Assembly: GCA_049840735.1 (NCBI GenBank)
Contig: JASGJN010000013.1
Location: 32,001 to 96,000 of the forward strand
Direction: 5' to 3'
Source of the DNA: Anaeromyxobacter sp.
Lineage (GTDB): Bacteria > Myxococcota > Myxococcia > Myxococcales > Anaeromyxobacteraceae
DNA: 64,000 nt
Part shown: one piece after another, positions 44,200 to 54,940 of the stretch
Layout of the letters: each line of letters starts with the position of its first letter
How positions within the stretch are numbered: the first letter of the stretch is position 1
Translations under genes and position numbers: made by a program
The notes under the pieces: generated by a model
The model's database searches: none
Told to the model about the DNA's origin: nothing
The model's input: only the letters and a program-made list of their open reading frames with translations

Positions 44200-46512
44200 A
44201 TGAGCGACGCCCCTCGCCCCCAGAACTTCCTCGCCGACATCATCGAGGACGACCTCGCGCACGGCCGCACCGGCGGCCGGGTGGTCACCCGCTTCCCGCC
44301 GGAGCCCAACGGGTTCCTGCACATCGGCCACGCCAAGTCAATCCTGCTCAACTTCGGCCTGTCCCGGGCCTACGGCGGCCGGACGCACCTGCGCTTCGAC
44401 GACACGAACCCCGTGACGGAGGAAACCGAGTACGTCGAGGCCATCCAGGCCGACGTGAAGTGGCTGGGCGGCGAGTGGGGCCAGCACCTCTACTACGCCT
44501 CCGACTTCTTCGACCGCATGTACGCGTGCGCCGAGCGGCTGATCCGCGAGGGCAAGGCGTACGTGGACAGCCAGGCCCAGGACCAGATCCGCGAGCAGCG
44601 CGGCTCGTTCGACCGGCCCGGCACGAACAGCCCGTACCGCGACCGGCCGGCGGAGGAGAGCCTGGACCTCTTCCGGCGCATGCGCGCCGGCGAGTTCACC
44701 GACGGCACCTGCGTGCTGCGCGCCAGGATCGACATGGGCCACCCCAACGTGCTCATGCGCGACCCGCTGCTCTACCGGATCCGCCACGCCCACCACCACC
44801 GGACCGGCGACAAGTGGTGCATCTACCCGATGTACGACTACGCCCACCCGCTGGAGGACGCGTTCGAGGGGGTGACCCACTCCATCTGCACGCTGGAGTT
44901 CGAGTCCAACCGCGAGCTGTACGACTGGGTGCTCGACGCCCTCGGCCCCTGGGATCCCCGCCCGCGCCAGTACGAGTTCGCGCGGCTGGCCCTGGGCTAC
45001 ACGGTGATGTCGAAGCGCAAGCTGCTCCAGCTGGTGAACGAGAAGCGCGTCTCCGGCTGGGACGACCCGCGCATGCCCACCGTGGCCGGCATGCGCCGGC
45101 GCGGCGTCACCCCCGAGGCGCTGCGCGACTTCGCCGAGCTGATCGGCGTGGCCAAGAACAACTCGCTGGTGGACATCGGCAAGTTCGAGTTCGCCATCCG
45201 CAGCGACCTGGAGGAGCGCTCGCCGCGCGCGCTGGCGGTGCAGAACCCGCTGCCCATCACCCTCGAGAACTGGCCGGCGGGCAGGATCGAGGAGCTGGAC
45301 CTGCCCTGGTGGCCGGGCGAGCCGGCGCGCGGCGGCAGCCGCAAGGTGCCGTTCGGCGCCGACCTGCTCATCGAGCGCGAGGACTTCACCGAGGACCCGC
45401 CCAAGGACTGGAAGCGGCTGGCGCCCGGGCGCGAGGTGCGCCTGGTGGGCGGCTACGTGATCCGCTGCCTGGACGTGGTCCGCGGCGAGAGCGGCGAGGT
45501 GAAGGCGCTCCGCTGCAGCTACGACCCCGAGTCGCTCGCCGGCGCGGGCGCCACCCGCCGCGTGGCCGGCACCCTCCACTGGGTCCACGCCACGAAGTCG
45601 GTGGCGGCCACGGTCCGGCTCTACGACCGGCTCTTCGGGGTGGAGCAGCCGGACGCCGAGCCCAACTTCCTCGACGTCCTCAACCCGCACTCGCTGCAGG
45701 TCGCGAGGGGCGCCCGGACCGAGCCGGCGCTGCGCCAGGCCGAGCCGGGCAGCCGCTACCAGTTCCTGCGGCTGGGCTACTTCTTCGCCGACCCGGTGGA
45801 GTCCAGGCCGGGAGCGCCGGCCTGGAACCGGACCATCACGCTCAAGGACACCTGGGCGCAGAGGGCGGACAAGCCGGCCGGGGAGACCCGCAAGCCCAAG
45901 GCCAGGAAGGAGCCGGCCGAGGGGGCGGCGCCGCGCAAGGGCAAGGGCGAGGCCCGGGCCGAGGCGCACGCGGCCGATCCCGCCCGCGCGCAGCGCTTCG
46001 CCCAGCTGGTGGCGCAGAAGCTCTCCGAGGACGAGGCCGACATCCTGGCCGCCGACGCCGACACGGCCGCCTGGTTCCAGGCCGCGGTGGGCGCCGGCGC
46101 GAAGCCGGCCACCGCCTCGCGCTGGCTGGTCAACGAGCTGCTGGGGCTGGCCGACGGCGCCCCGCTGGCCTCGCTGCCCCTGCCCGCGCCCGCCTTCGGC
46201 CGCTTCGCCGCGCTGGTGGACGCGGGCCGGCTGGCCACCGCCGCCGCCAAGGCGCTGCTGGCCGACCTGGTCGAGCAGGGCGGCGAGCCCGAGGCGCGCA
46301 TGAAGGCGCTGGGGCTGGAGAAGGTGGAGGACCGCGGGGCGGTGGAGACCGCCGTCGGCAAGGTGCTCGCCGCCCACGCCGCCGAGGTGGCGCGCTACCG
46401 CGCCGGCGAGAAGAAGCTGCTGGGCGTGCTGCTGGGCGCCGCCATGCGCGAGACGCAGGGCGCGGCCGACCCGGCGCTGGTCCGCCAGGTGCTGACGCAG
46501 CGGCTGGGATAG
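44200..46512 (+). CDS. glnS: Glutamine-tRNA ligase with C-terminal GatB/YqeY-like domain
   Basis: RFPPEPNGFLHIGHAK, MSKR, GWDDPR. C-terminal YRAGEKKLLG..LG..M...G.ADP. Confidence 0.95.
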   Translation: MSDAPRPQNFLADIIEDDLAHGRTGGRVVTRFPPEPNGFLHIGHAKSILLNFGLSRAYGGRTHLRFDDTNPVTEETEYVEAIQADVKWLGGEWGQHLYYASDFFDRMYACAERLIREGKAYVDSQAQDQIREQRGSFDRPGTNSPYRDRPAEESLDLFRRMRAGEFTDGTCVLRARIDMGHPNVLMRDPLLYRIRHAHHHRTGDKWCIYPMYDYAHPLEDAFEGVTHSICTLEFESNRELYDWVLDALGPWDPRPRQYEFARLALGYTVMSKRKLLQLVNEKRVSGWDDPRMPTVAGMRRRGVTPEALRDFAELIGVAKNNSLVDIGKFEFAIRSDLEERSPRALAVQNPLPITLENWPAGRIEELDLPWWPGEPARGGSRKVPFGADLLIEREDFTEDPPKDWKRLAPGREVRLVGGYVIRCLDVVRGESGEVKALRCSYDPESLAGAGATRRVAGTLHWVHATKSVAATVRLYDRLFGVEQPDAEPNFLDVLNPHSLQVARGARTEPALRQAEPGSRYQFLRLGYFFADPVESRPGAPAWNRTITLKDTWAQRADKPAGETRKPKARKEPAEGAAPRKGKGEARAEAHAADPARAQRFAQLVAQKLSEDEADILAADADTAAWFQAAVGAGAKPATASRWLVNELLGLADGAPLASLPLPAPAFGRFAALVDAGRLATAAAKALLADLVEQGGEPEARMKALGLEKVEDRGAVETAVGKVLAAHAAEVARYRAGEKKLLGVLLGAAMRETQGAADPALVRQVLTQRLG

Positions 46513-46797
46513 GCTCGCCCGCCACCCCGGCGCGCTGCGACGCGGCCCCCGGCCCCCGGGGGCCGCGCTGCTTCAGCGCAGCCACGCGCCGCGGCGGCTC
46601 ACCTCCCGGGTTGCGGCCGCGGCGGGCAGACCGCCGCTGGTCATGCCGCGCTCGCACCTGGCCTGCGACGGAGCGCTGCCCCAGGACCGCGGGGCACGGC
46701 TGCGATCGCCGGGCGGCGGCTGACGTTCGCCCCCGGGAGGGCCGACGTGCTGGCCAGCCCGAGGCGCTACACTCGGGCTGCCAGGGAGGGGAGCCGG

Positions 46798-48510
46798 GTG
46801 CAGCAGGACGTGGCCAGCAGGGAGGCGAGCGAGCAGGAGGCGTGGCGAGCGTCCACGGCCGACCTCGCGCTGCGCGTGAACCTGGCCGTCGGCGCCACCT
46901 GCATGGTGGTCCTGACTCCGCTCTGGGTGCTGGTCCCCCAGGCCGGCTGGGCGGTCCTGGGCGGCTGGGCCCTCACCGCCCTCATGGCCGGCGCCACCTT
47001 CGCCCGCCTGCGCTGGCAGGTGCGCGCTGGCGCGCTGCTGGGCGGGTACTTCGTGGCGATGCTCCTGGCCGCGGCCTCGCTCCGGCCCAGCCCCATCGCC
47101 TTCGCCTTCGGCGTCGCCCTGGTGGTGCTCGCGGGCCTGCTCTTCGGCGGGCGCGGCGCGCTGGTGGCCGCCGGCGGGGTGGTGGCGGCGCTGGCGGGCT
47201 TCGCGGTGGCGGGCACCCTCGGCGCCCGGCCGCCGCCCTCGCTGCCCGCGCCGCTCGACTGGCTGGTGGCCCTCTCCGCCACCGCCGTCCCGCTCCTCAC
47301 GGTGGTGCTGGCGGTGCGGCGGCTGGTGGAGCACCTGCGGGCGGCGTCGGAGGGGGCGCTGCGCGCCCTCCGGCAGCTGGAGAGCACCCGCTCCCGGCTG
47401 GCCGACTCGGAGCGGACCGAGCTGGTGGGGCGGGTGGCCGGCGCGCTGGCCCACGACCTCAACAACACGCTCACCGTGGTCCTCTCCTCGGCCGAGTGGC
47501 TGGAGGAGTCGGCCACCAGCGCCGAGCAGGCGCACGTGGCCTCGCAGGTCCGCGACGCGGCCCGCAGCGCCACCGGCCTGACCCAGCAGCTGGCGCTGGT
47601 GGGGCGGCAGGGACCGCCGCGCCCGCGCGCGCTGGACCTGGCGCGCGCCGCCGCCGACGCCGGCCGGGCGGTGCGCCGGCTGCTGCCGCCGGGCGTGGAG
47701 GTGGAGGCGCGCGCCGCCGGGCCGGTCTGGACCTGGGCCGATCCCAGCCAGCTGCAGCACCTGATCTTCTCGCTGGCGCTCCACGCCGGCGAGGCCATGA
47801 CCAAGGGCGGCTCGCTCGGCATCACCGCGCACCCCGGCCCGGACGGCGCCCCGGTGCTGGACGTCTCGCACACCGGCGGCGACGCCGAGGTGCTGCGCCG
47901 CGCCTTCGCCCCCAACCCCTTCGAGAGCGTCAGCTCCGGCCCGGTCCGCTCGGTGCTGCAGGTGCGGGAGCTGGCCCAGGCGCTGGGGGGCGCGGTGGCG
48001 CTCCGCTCCTTCGCCGGCGCCGGCGCGGTGCTGTCGGTCACGCTCCCGGCGGCGCAGCCTCCCGCCGGCAGCCCGGCGCCCCCCGCCGCCTCCCACCACC
48101 GCGCGCGCGTGCTGGTGGTCGAGGACGACATCCGCGTGCGGGCGCTCATCTGCACCGCGCTGGCCGACGCCGGCCACAAGGTGGACGAGGCCAGCGACGG
48201 GACCAGCGCCATGCGCGCCATCGAGGATCTGGGCGACCTCGACCTGCTGGTCACCGACCTGCTCATGCCGGGCGTGCCGGTGGTGGACGTCATCGCCACC
48301 TTCCGCGCCCGCCACCCCGAGGGGCGCGTGCTGGTCTGCTCCAGCCACGCCGACGACGAGGCCGTGCGCCGCCGCGTGCTGGAGGGCGAGTACCGCGCCC
48401 TCCCCAAGCCGTTCGACCGGGCCGAGTTCCTGGAGGCGGTGGCGGCCACGCTCGACGGCGGCCGCGCCGCGCCGGCCGCACCGGCCACCGGCCACCACGC
48501 CTCGCCCTGA
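46798..48510 (+). CDS. Membrane hybrid histidine kinase-like protein with degenerate ATPase domain
   Basis: TM N-terminus, AHDLNN H-box, C-terminal receiver (VEDD, TDLLMP, KPF). Confidence 0.82.
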   Translation: MQQDVASREASEQEAWRASTADLALRVNLAVGATCMVVLTPLWVLVPQAGWAVLGGWALTALMAGATFARLRWQVRAGALLGGYFVAMLLAAASLRPSPIAFAFGVALVVLAGLLFGGRGALVAAGGVVAALAGFAVAGTLGARPPPSLPAPLDWLVALSATAVPLLTVVLAVRRLVEHLRAASEGALRALRQLESTRSRLADSERTELVGRVAGALAHDLNNTLTVVLSSAEWLEESATSAEQAHVASQVRDAARSATGLTQQLALVGRQGPPRPRALDLARAAADAGRAVRRLLPPGVEVEARAAGPVWTWADPSQLQHLIFSLALHAGEAMTKGGSLGITAHPGPDGAPVLDVSHTGGDAEVLRRAFAPNPFESVSSGPVRSVLQVRELAQALGGAVALRSFAGAGAVLSVTLPAAQPPAGSPAPPAASHHRARVLVVEDDIRVRALICTALADAGHKVDEASDGTSAMRAIEDLGDLDLLVTDLLMPGVPVVDVIATFRARHPEGRVLVCSSHADDEAVRRRVLEGEYRALPKPFDRAEFLEAVAATLDGGRAAPAAPATGHHASP

Positions 48511-48525
48511 GCAGGCGGCGCCGGC

Positions 48526-50307
48526 TCAGCCGGCCAGCCGCGGCGGCGCCTGGGTCCGCGCCCGGGCGGGCTCGCGCGGCAGGATCACGGTGAAGGTGGA
48601 CCCCTCCCCCGGCGCGCTCTCCACCGCGATCCGCCCGCCGTGCGCGTCGATCATCTTCTTGGTGATCCAGAGCCCCAGCCCCAGCCCCTGCGCCACGCCG
48701 GCGTTGGCGCCGCGCTCGAAGCGCTCGAACAGCAGGCCCCGGCTCTCCGGCGGGATGCCGATGCCGTGGTCGCGGATGGTCAGCACCGCCTCGCCGTCGC
48801 GCGCCGCCACCTCCACGTCCACCGGCCGGGCGTTGCCGTACTTGATGGCGTTGGTGAGGAGGTTGGTGACCGCCTGGTCGATGCGGGCGCGGTCCCACAG
48901 GCCGCGCACCTCCGACGCCGCGACGCGCACCGGGCTCCCCGCGCTCTCGGCCACCGGCCGCAGCCGCTCGGCGGCCTCCCGCGCCAGCGCCCCCAGGTCC
49001 ACGCTGGCCAGCTCGAGGCTGAGCTTGCCGTCGTTGATGCGCGAGACGTCCAGCAGCACGCCCAGGAGCTCGTCCAGCCGCCCGATCTGCCCCTCGATGG
49101 CCGACAGGCTCCGGAGCAGCCGCTCGTCCTCCTGGCCGGACGGCCGCCGCAGCCGCCGCCGCAGCATCTCCACCTGCAGCCGCATGGCGGTGAGCGGGGT
49201 GCGGAACTCGTGCGAGGCCATGGAGAGGAAGTCCTGCTTCAGCTTGTCCGCCTGGCGCAGCAGCTCCTGCGACATCTTCAGGTCGTGCACGTCGGTGCAG
49301 GTGCCGAGCCAGGTCCGTCGGCCCGGGCCCACGCCCGGCGCGTCCAGGGCCACCGCCCGCCGGAGGAACCAGCGGAATCCGCCCTCCTGCCCTCGCAGCC
49401 GGTGCTCGATCTCGAACCCCGAGCCGGTCGCCACCGCCTCGCGCCACACCGCCAGCACCCGCTCCCGATCGTCGGGGTGGAGCACCGGGTCCCAGTCCTC
49501 GGTGCCGGCGCGCTGGCCGGTGTAGTCGCGCCAGCGCTGGTTGAACCAGGTGCGCTGGCCGCTGGCGTCGGCGGTCCAGACCAGCTGCGGCAGCGCCTCG
49601 GCCAGGTGGCGCAGCCGCGCCTCGCTGTCGCGCAGCGCCTGGCCCGCCTCGTGGCGCGCCGAGATGTCGCGGATCACCGACACGAGCGTGCGCTGCCCCT
49701 CGTCGCCGGCGCCCTGCGAGCTCACCTCGACCGGGAAGGTGGAGCCGTCACGCCGCCGGTGGACCGTCTCGAAGAGCAGGCCGTGCGCATCGGCCGCCGC
49801 CATCTGCTCGGCGGTGTGCGCCTGGGTGCCGGGCGCGCGCAGGTCGTGGACGGTGAGCCGGCGCAGCTCCTCCTGCGACCAGCCGTAGGCCTTGGCCGCG
49901 GCCGCGTTGGCCTCCAGCAGCCGGCCCTCCCGGTCCATCCAGAGGATGATGTCGCGGCTGTGCGCGGCCACCAGCTGGAAGCGGCGCTCCTGCTCCTGGG
50001 CCCGCAGCCTGGCCCGGCGCCGCGAGCGCTCCAGCGCCAGCGCCGCGCCCACCAGCGAGAGGCTCAGCACCAGCGTGACCACGTGGGCCACCACCGTCCG
50101 CCGGGCCGCCTGCCGCGAGGCCTCGGCCTCCAGCGCCAGCTCGCGCTGCTCGGCCCCGGCCACCCGCTGCGCCATGCGCTCCTCCGCCTCGGCGGAGCGG
50201 CGCACGTTCATCACCACGAGCGCGGCGTTCGCGCCCAGCGCGAGCGCCGCCAGCAGCGCCATGGACGCCGGCACGAGCTGGGCTCTGCGGTCACCTGCGA
50301 TGGACAT
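48526..50307 (-). CDS. PAS-domain sensor histidine kinase
   Basis: Two TM segments, two PAS/PAC, SHEFRTP, NAIKY, DHGIG, GLGLGL. Confidence 0.92.
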   Translation of the reverse strand: MSIAGDRRAQLVPASMALLAALALGANAALVVMNVRRSAEAEERMAQRVAGAEQRELALEAEASRQAARRTVVAHVVTLVLSLSLVGAALALERSRRRARLRAQEQERRFQLVAAHSRDIILWMDREGRLLEANAAAAKAYGWSQEELRRLTVHDLRAPGTQAHTAEQMAAADAHGLLFETVHRRRDGSTFPVEVSSQGAGDEGQRTLVSVIRDISARHEAGQALRDSEARLRHLAEALPQLVWTADASGQRTWFNQRWRDYTGQRAGTEDWDPVLHPDDRERVLAVWREAVATGSGFEIEHRLRGQEGGFRWFLRRAVALDAPGVGPGRRTWLGTCTDVHDLKMSQELLRQADKLKQDFLSMASHEFRTPLTAMRLQVEMLRRRLRRPSGQEDERLLRSLSAIEGQIGRLDELLGVLLDVSRINDGKLSLELASVDLGALAREAAERLRPVAESAGSPVRVAASEVRGLWDRARIDQAVTNLLTNAIKYGNARPVDVEVAARDGEAVLTIRDHGIGIPPESRGLLFERFERGANAGVAQGLGLGLWITKKMIDAHGGRIAVESAPGEGSTFTVILPREPARARTQAPPRLAG

Positions 50308-50531
50308 CTCGGGAGCGCCGGGGCGCGCAGGAGATTCTGTGGCCAGCGCGGGGAAGCCGCGACCTGGCCAAGCGGGGAGACCTCAGCGGGACGGCCTGGG
50401 AGTGACGGACAGCCGTCAACCGGCGGTCAAGGGCGCTGGCGGGCGGGCGACGCGCCGCCTGGCTGCCCAGGCGCTCCGGCGAGCAGGCCGCCTGGGAACG
50501 CCGGGAGGCGCTCCAGCAGCGGCGGCCCTAG

Positions 50532-50569
50532 AAAGAAGAACCCCGCCAGAGGGACGAGCTCTGGCGGGG
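50532..50569 (-). terminator. Intrinsic terminator after the tRNA pair
   Basis: CCCCGCCAGAG / CTCTGGCGGGG stem followed by TTCTTCTTT on the minus strand. Confidence 0.85.
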
Positions 50570-50574
50570 CAAAG

Positions 50575-50649
<75 letters not shown>

Positions 50650-50718
50650 ACGAACTCGAAACTTGGGTGGCCTTCTACCCTCGGACGCTGCGGCAGTCAA
50701 CGCCGAGGAGCAACAAAG

Positions 50719-50793
50719 TGGCTGGGGGACTAGGATTCGAACCTAGATAGCCAGAATCCAGAGACTGGCGTCCTGCCGTTAGACGATCCCCCA
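50719..50793 (-). tRNA. tRNA-Gln (CTG)
   Basis: TGGGGGA...TCCCCCAGCCA, loop CTCTGGA, GTTCGAATCC. One apparent extra base in the anticodon arm. Confidence 0.9.
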
Positions 50794-50802
50794 GTAAGCG
50801 CC

Positions 50803-51150
50803 TCACTTCCCTTTCACGAGCACGAAGACGCGGACCTCGCCCTTCAGCTCGTAGACGTTCAACCCTTCCCAGCTCCCCGGCTTCGCGTCCGGGTTCTCGA
50901 TGTGCACGGCCTTCACGCCAGGTTCATCGGCGATCGTCCGTCTCACATACCGCGGCCCGTACACCTGCTTGAAGTACTTGAGCGCGTCCTCGTAGCTCCG
51001 AGGGACGCGGTACCGGTTCTCCGCCACCTTCTCCGAACCGTCCGGGAGGACCGCCCCGGCGACCTTGAGGTCGGCGGCAGCGGCGAGTCCCGGCACGGCC
51101 AGGAGGAGGACCGCGACGAGGGCGGCCTTATATCGAGGAGCGCGGGGCAC
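50803..51150 (-). CDS. Small exported hypothetical protein
   Basis: Signal-like AALVAVLLLAVPGLAAA. Start uncertain. Confidence 0.65.
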   Translation of the reverse strand: MPRAPRYKAALVAVLLLAVPGLAAAADLKVAGAVLPDGSEKVAENRYRVPRSYEDALKYFKQVYGPRYVRRTIADEPGVKAVHIENPDAKPGSWEGLNVYELKGEVRVFVLVKGK

Positions 51151-51318
51151 GGTCAAGGGTTGCAATCGCGTGAATCCGTTCCAGCGAAGCTTGCCCCGAG
51201 CGGCCCCGGGTTTCCAGCGTTTTTCAGGGCTTGGGCGGACGCCGGGCGGACCGTTCTGCCGCAGGCCGCGCGGCCGGGACTCATCGCACATCGGGCCCGG
51301 CGGGGCCCGGCCGGCTCC

Positions 51319-51864
51319 TCAGCGCCAGACGCCAATCAGCTCACCGCGGTGGCCGGGCTCGCGGAGCTTGAGCTCCCCGCGCTTCCAGGCGTCGCCGGCC
51401 CGCGGGCCGACCCAGTAGCCCTTGGGATCGCTCCGCCGCCAACCCTTGCGGAAGAAGTCGCGGCACTCCAGGAAGAGCGCGTTGAGCGCGCGCGGCTTGC
51501 CCTTGCGGTCGTTGGGGTCGTCTGTGACGTCCAGCTCCCCCCAGAGCCGCCCCGCCACCAGCTCGCCCTCGTCGTTCCGCATCGAGCGCTCGAAGTGGAT
51601 CACGGGCGAGGGGATCTCCTCGATCTTCATGAGCCCCTTGTCCGGCCCGCGCTTGATGGGGTGCGCGATGACCGGCCCGAGCCGCTCCAGCGCCAGGTAA
51701 TACGAGGAGCCGTCCAGCTGGGCGGGCGCGTTCTCGTCCGCCTTGATCGGCTGGTAGCCGGGCGGGACGAGCTCCGGGTACACGGTGACCTCGCGGCGCG
51801 CCAGGATGCGGAAGAAGGCGCGCTCGTCCTCGGGGAGCATGAAGTAGTGAAGCGTGGCAGCCAT
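51319..51864 (-). CDS. Hypothetical protein
   Basis: 181-aa ORF with native codon bias and globular composition. Confidence 0.75.
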   Translation of the reverse strand: MAATLHYFMLPEDERAFFRILARREVTVYPELVPPGYQPIKADENAPAQLDGSSYYLALERLGPVIAHPIKRGPDKGLMKIEEIPSPVIHFERSMRNDEGELVAGRLWGELDVTDDPNDRKGKPRALNALFLECRDFFRKGWRRSDPKGYWVGPRAGDAWKRGELKLREPGHRGELIGVWR

Positions 51865-51924
51865 CGGCCGGCAGGATACCCGGTCCGGCTCCGCGGCGCA
51901 CCGGCGGCCTGCCAGCGCCCGGGC

Positions 51925-53232
51925 CTACCCACCCCGGACCGCGGAGAGGAGCCGCTCGTAGCTCTGCGCGATGCGCGTGGCCAGGATCAGCAGCTCGCCC
52001 ACGCCGCCGGCGTCCACCAGCGCCCCGCGCCCGGCGTCGCCGTAGAACACGTTGACCACCCGGCCCATGGCCAGGATCGGCACCAGGAAGGCGTTGGCCG
52101 GCACGCCGCCGCCCAGCCCGCGCAGCAGCGCCGCGTTGGCCACGGTGCGCGGGATGGGGCCGAGGAGGTGGGCCTGGGTGCGCACCACCGTGTCCACCAG
52201 GCCCGGCTCGCCCAGCGAGAGCCGCAGCCGGCGCACCATGAGCGGCGTCAGCCCCTCCCCCAACCCCACCCACCCGCTGGCCACCCCGCGGTTGACGGTC
52301 AGGAGCACCGCCCGCTTGAAGTGGCGGCGGGCGTAGCGGAGGACGGCCTCGGCGATGGCGTCGCGGGCCGACACGCCGGCCAGGAGCCGGACCGCCTCGT
52401 CGAAGGAGAGCGGCGCCGGCTCCAGCTCCTCCAGCTCGTCGGTCAGCTCGATGACCTCGTCCGGCGGCGGCGCGGAGGGCGTCCAGGGGCCGGGCACCGG
52501 GGTCCCGGGGAGCAGCGGCCCCTCCTCGAGCGGCGGCGAGGCGAGGGAGGGAGGACCCGGCGGCCCGGCCAGCCGTGGCGGGGGCTGCGTCGGCGTCGGC
52601 GGCGCCCAGGCCGGAGGCGCGGCTGGCGTCGGCGGCCGGGCCAGCAGCGGCTCGAAGGGCGCGCCCGGTGGGCGGGTCCGGTAGAGCGCGTCGAAGGCCG
52701 CCTCGTCCATCAGCTCGACGCCGCCTGCGCCGCTGCCCGCGCCCACCTCGCCCGGCGCCGCGGGGCGGGGCCGCTGCCCGAAGTCCACGTCGATGCCGCG
52801 GAGGTGGTGCTCGATGCCGTAGAGCTGGCGCAGCAGCGCCCAGATGCGCGCCTCGGCGGCCACCAGCGGCTGGACCTGCTTGCCCGAGGCGAACGAGAGG
52901 CCGTCCAGGGCGGCCAGGTCGGACGGGTCCCGCGCCAGCACCGCCAGCTGCCGGCCCTGCAGCGCGTAGGGGACCATCTGGTAGCGGTCGGCCACCTCGG
53001 GCCGGACCAGCCGCACGGCCACGGGGTCGATCCCCGGCGAGCCGGCCACGTAGGGCACGCCGTGGCGGCGCCCCAGGGCGCGGGCCAGCGGCTCCTCCTG
53101 CACCCCGCCCAGCTCGAGCAGGTTGGTGCCGAGGCGGCCGCCGAAGATGACCTGGTTGCGCAGCGCGTCGCCCAGGGCGTCGCGAGTGATCGCGCCCTCC
53201 TCGATCAGGAGCTGTCCCACGCGCTGCGCCAT
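51925..53232 (-). CDS. GspE/PilB N-terminal (MshEN/T2SSE_N-like) domain protein
   Basis: RVGQLLIEEGAI...RLGTNLLELG, Pro-rich linker, no ATPase motifs. Confidence 0.8.
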   Translation of the reverse strand: MAQRVGQLLIEEGAITRDALGDALRNQVIFGGRLGTNLLELGGVQEEPLARALGRRHGVPYVAGSPGIDPVAVRLVRPEVADRYQMVPYALQGRQLAVLARDPSDLAALDGLSFASGKQVQPLVAAEARIWALLRQLYGIEHHLRGIDVDFGQRPRPAAPGEVGAGSGAGGVELMDEAAFDALYRTRPPGAPFEPLLARPPTPAAPPAWAPPTPTQPPPRLAGPPGPPSLASPPLEEGPLLPGTPVPGPWTPSAPPPDEVIELTDELEELEPAPLSFDEAVRLLAGVSARDAIAEAVLRYARRHFKRAVLLTVNRGVASGWVGLGEGLTPLMVRRLRLSLGEPGLVDTVVRTQAHLLGPIPRTVANAALLRGLGGGVPANAFLVPILAMGRVVNVFYGDAGRGALVDAGGVGELLILATRIAQSYERLLSAVRGG

Positions 53233-53272
53233 CCCCGGGATCCTATCGCGCTCCAGGCCCCGCGGCGCCTTT

Positions 53273-54677
53273 TCAGGCGCGGCCGGGCCGGGTGAGCTTC
53301 AGCGGGTCGAGCAGGCGGCGGGCCTCGGCCGGCCTCAGCGCCGCCATCGAGAACCGCCACCTCCGGGATGGACCGGCCGCTGGCCACCGAGGCCTTCACG
53401 ATCTCCGCCGCCCGGGCATAGCCCAGGCGCGGGGCCAGGGCCGTGGCCAGGCTCACGGTCCGCTCGGCGAAGGCGCGGCAGCGCTCCGCGTCGGCCGTGA
53501 GCCCGCGCGCGCAGCGCCGGTCGAAGGCGGTCACCGCCGCCGCCAGGATCTGCAGCGCGTGGCAGAGATCGAACGCCACCAGCGGCATCATCACGTTCAG
53601 CTCCAGCTGCCCGCCGCTGGCCGCCCAGGCCACCGCGCCGTCGAGCGCGACCACCTGGTAGGAGACCATGGCCAGCATCTCGGCCATGGAGGGGTTCACC
53701 TTGCCCGGCATGATGGACGACCCCGGCTGCACCGGCGGCAGGCGCAGCTCCGCCAACCCGGTGGCCGGCCCGCTCCCCAGCAGCCGGACGTCGCCGCCGA
53801 TGCGGAGCAGCTCCAGGGCCGCGGCCCGCAGCGCCCCCGAGAGCGCCACGAAGGGCGCCAGCGACTGCATGGCGTAGAAGGGGTTCTGCGCCGGCGAGAG
53901 CGGCACGCCGGTGAGCCGCTCCAGCTCCGCCACCACCTCGCGCGCGTAGCGCGGGTGGGCGTTGAGCCCGGTCCCCACCGCGGTGCCGCCGAGCCCCAGC
54001 ACCGACAGCTCCGGCAAGGCGTCGCGCACCCGGCCGGCCGCCGCCCGCAGCGCCGCCGCCCAGCCGGAGACCTCCTGGCCCAGCCGGATGGGCGTGGCGT
54101 CGGCCAGGTGCGTCCGGCCGGCCTTGACCACGCCGTCCCAGGCCCGCGCCTTCTGCTCGAACGTGCCGGCCAGGCCGGCCAGCGCCTCGATCACCCCCGG
54201 CGCCAGCTCCAGCGCGGCCAGCCGGATGGCGGTGGGCACCACGTCGTTGGTGGACTGGCCCAGGTTCACGTCGTCGTTGGGATCGACCCGCTGCCGCCCG
54301 CCCAGCAGCTCGGTGGCGCGGTGCGCCAGCACCTCGTTGACGTTCATGTGGTGCGAGGTGCCGGCCCCGGCCTGGTAGACGTCCACCACGAACTGGTCGC
54401 GGTGGGCGCCGGCCAGCACCTCGCGGGCGGCCTGGGCGATGGCCCGGGCCCTGGGCCGGGGCAGCACGCCCAGCCGGCCGTTGACGCGCGCCGCCGCGAG
54501 CTTGATGCGGACGGTCGCGTCCACGAAGGCCGGGTGCGGGCCCAGCCCGGAGATGGGGAAGTTCTGCAGGGCCCGGGCGGTCTGCGCGCCGTAGCGGGCG
54601 CTGGCCGGCACAATCATCTCGCCCATGGTGTCCCGCTCGACGCGGGTGCTGGCCCTCGCGCGACGCCGCTTCGCCAT
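53273..54677 (-). CDS. Aspartate ammonia-lyase / class II fumarase (apparent 1-nt insertion near 53352)
   Basis: GAQT.R, GAGTS, QSTND, GRTH, GSSIMPGKVNP. The natural C-terminus LLDPLKLT is in another frame. Confidence 0.9.
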
Positions 54678-54940
54678 CCGGCACCTCCGGTGAGGTTCTA
54701 ACGGCCGCGGGCGTCAAGCCTCGGACCTCAGGTGAAGCGACGCTTCTCCCGAGGCCTGGAATCTGGGGCCTGCGGCGCCGCAGCGAGTCTCGGTACGTCC
54801 CCGCTGGGTCACTGCCCGCGAGACGCCCCTGCGCGGGGTACCGAGGAGCGAGCGGCGGCCCCACCGTGCAACCCCAGGTGCGCTCCCCGCGCTCCGGAGG
54901 CCCACGCCGGGCCGGCCGCCGCGAGGGCACGGAGGACGGC

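Noticed and set aside
46513..50574. Genomic island integrated at tRNA-Glu
   Set aside because: No integrase, no duplicated tRNA 3' end seen, and composition like the flanks.
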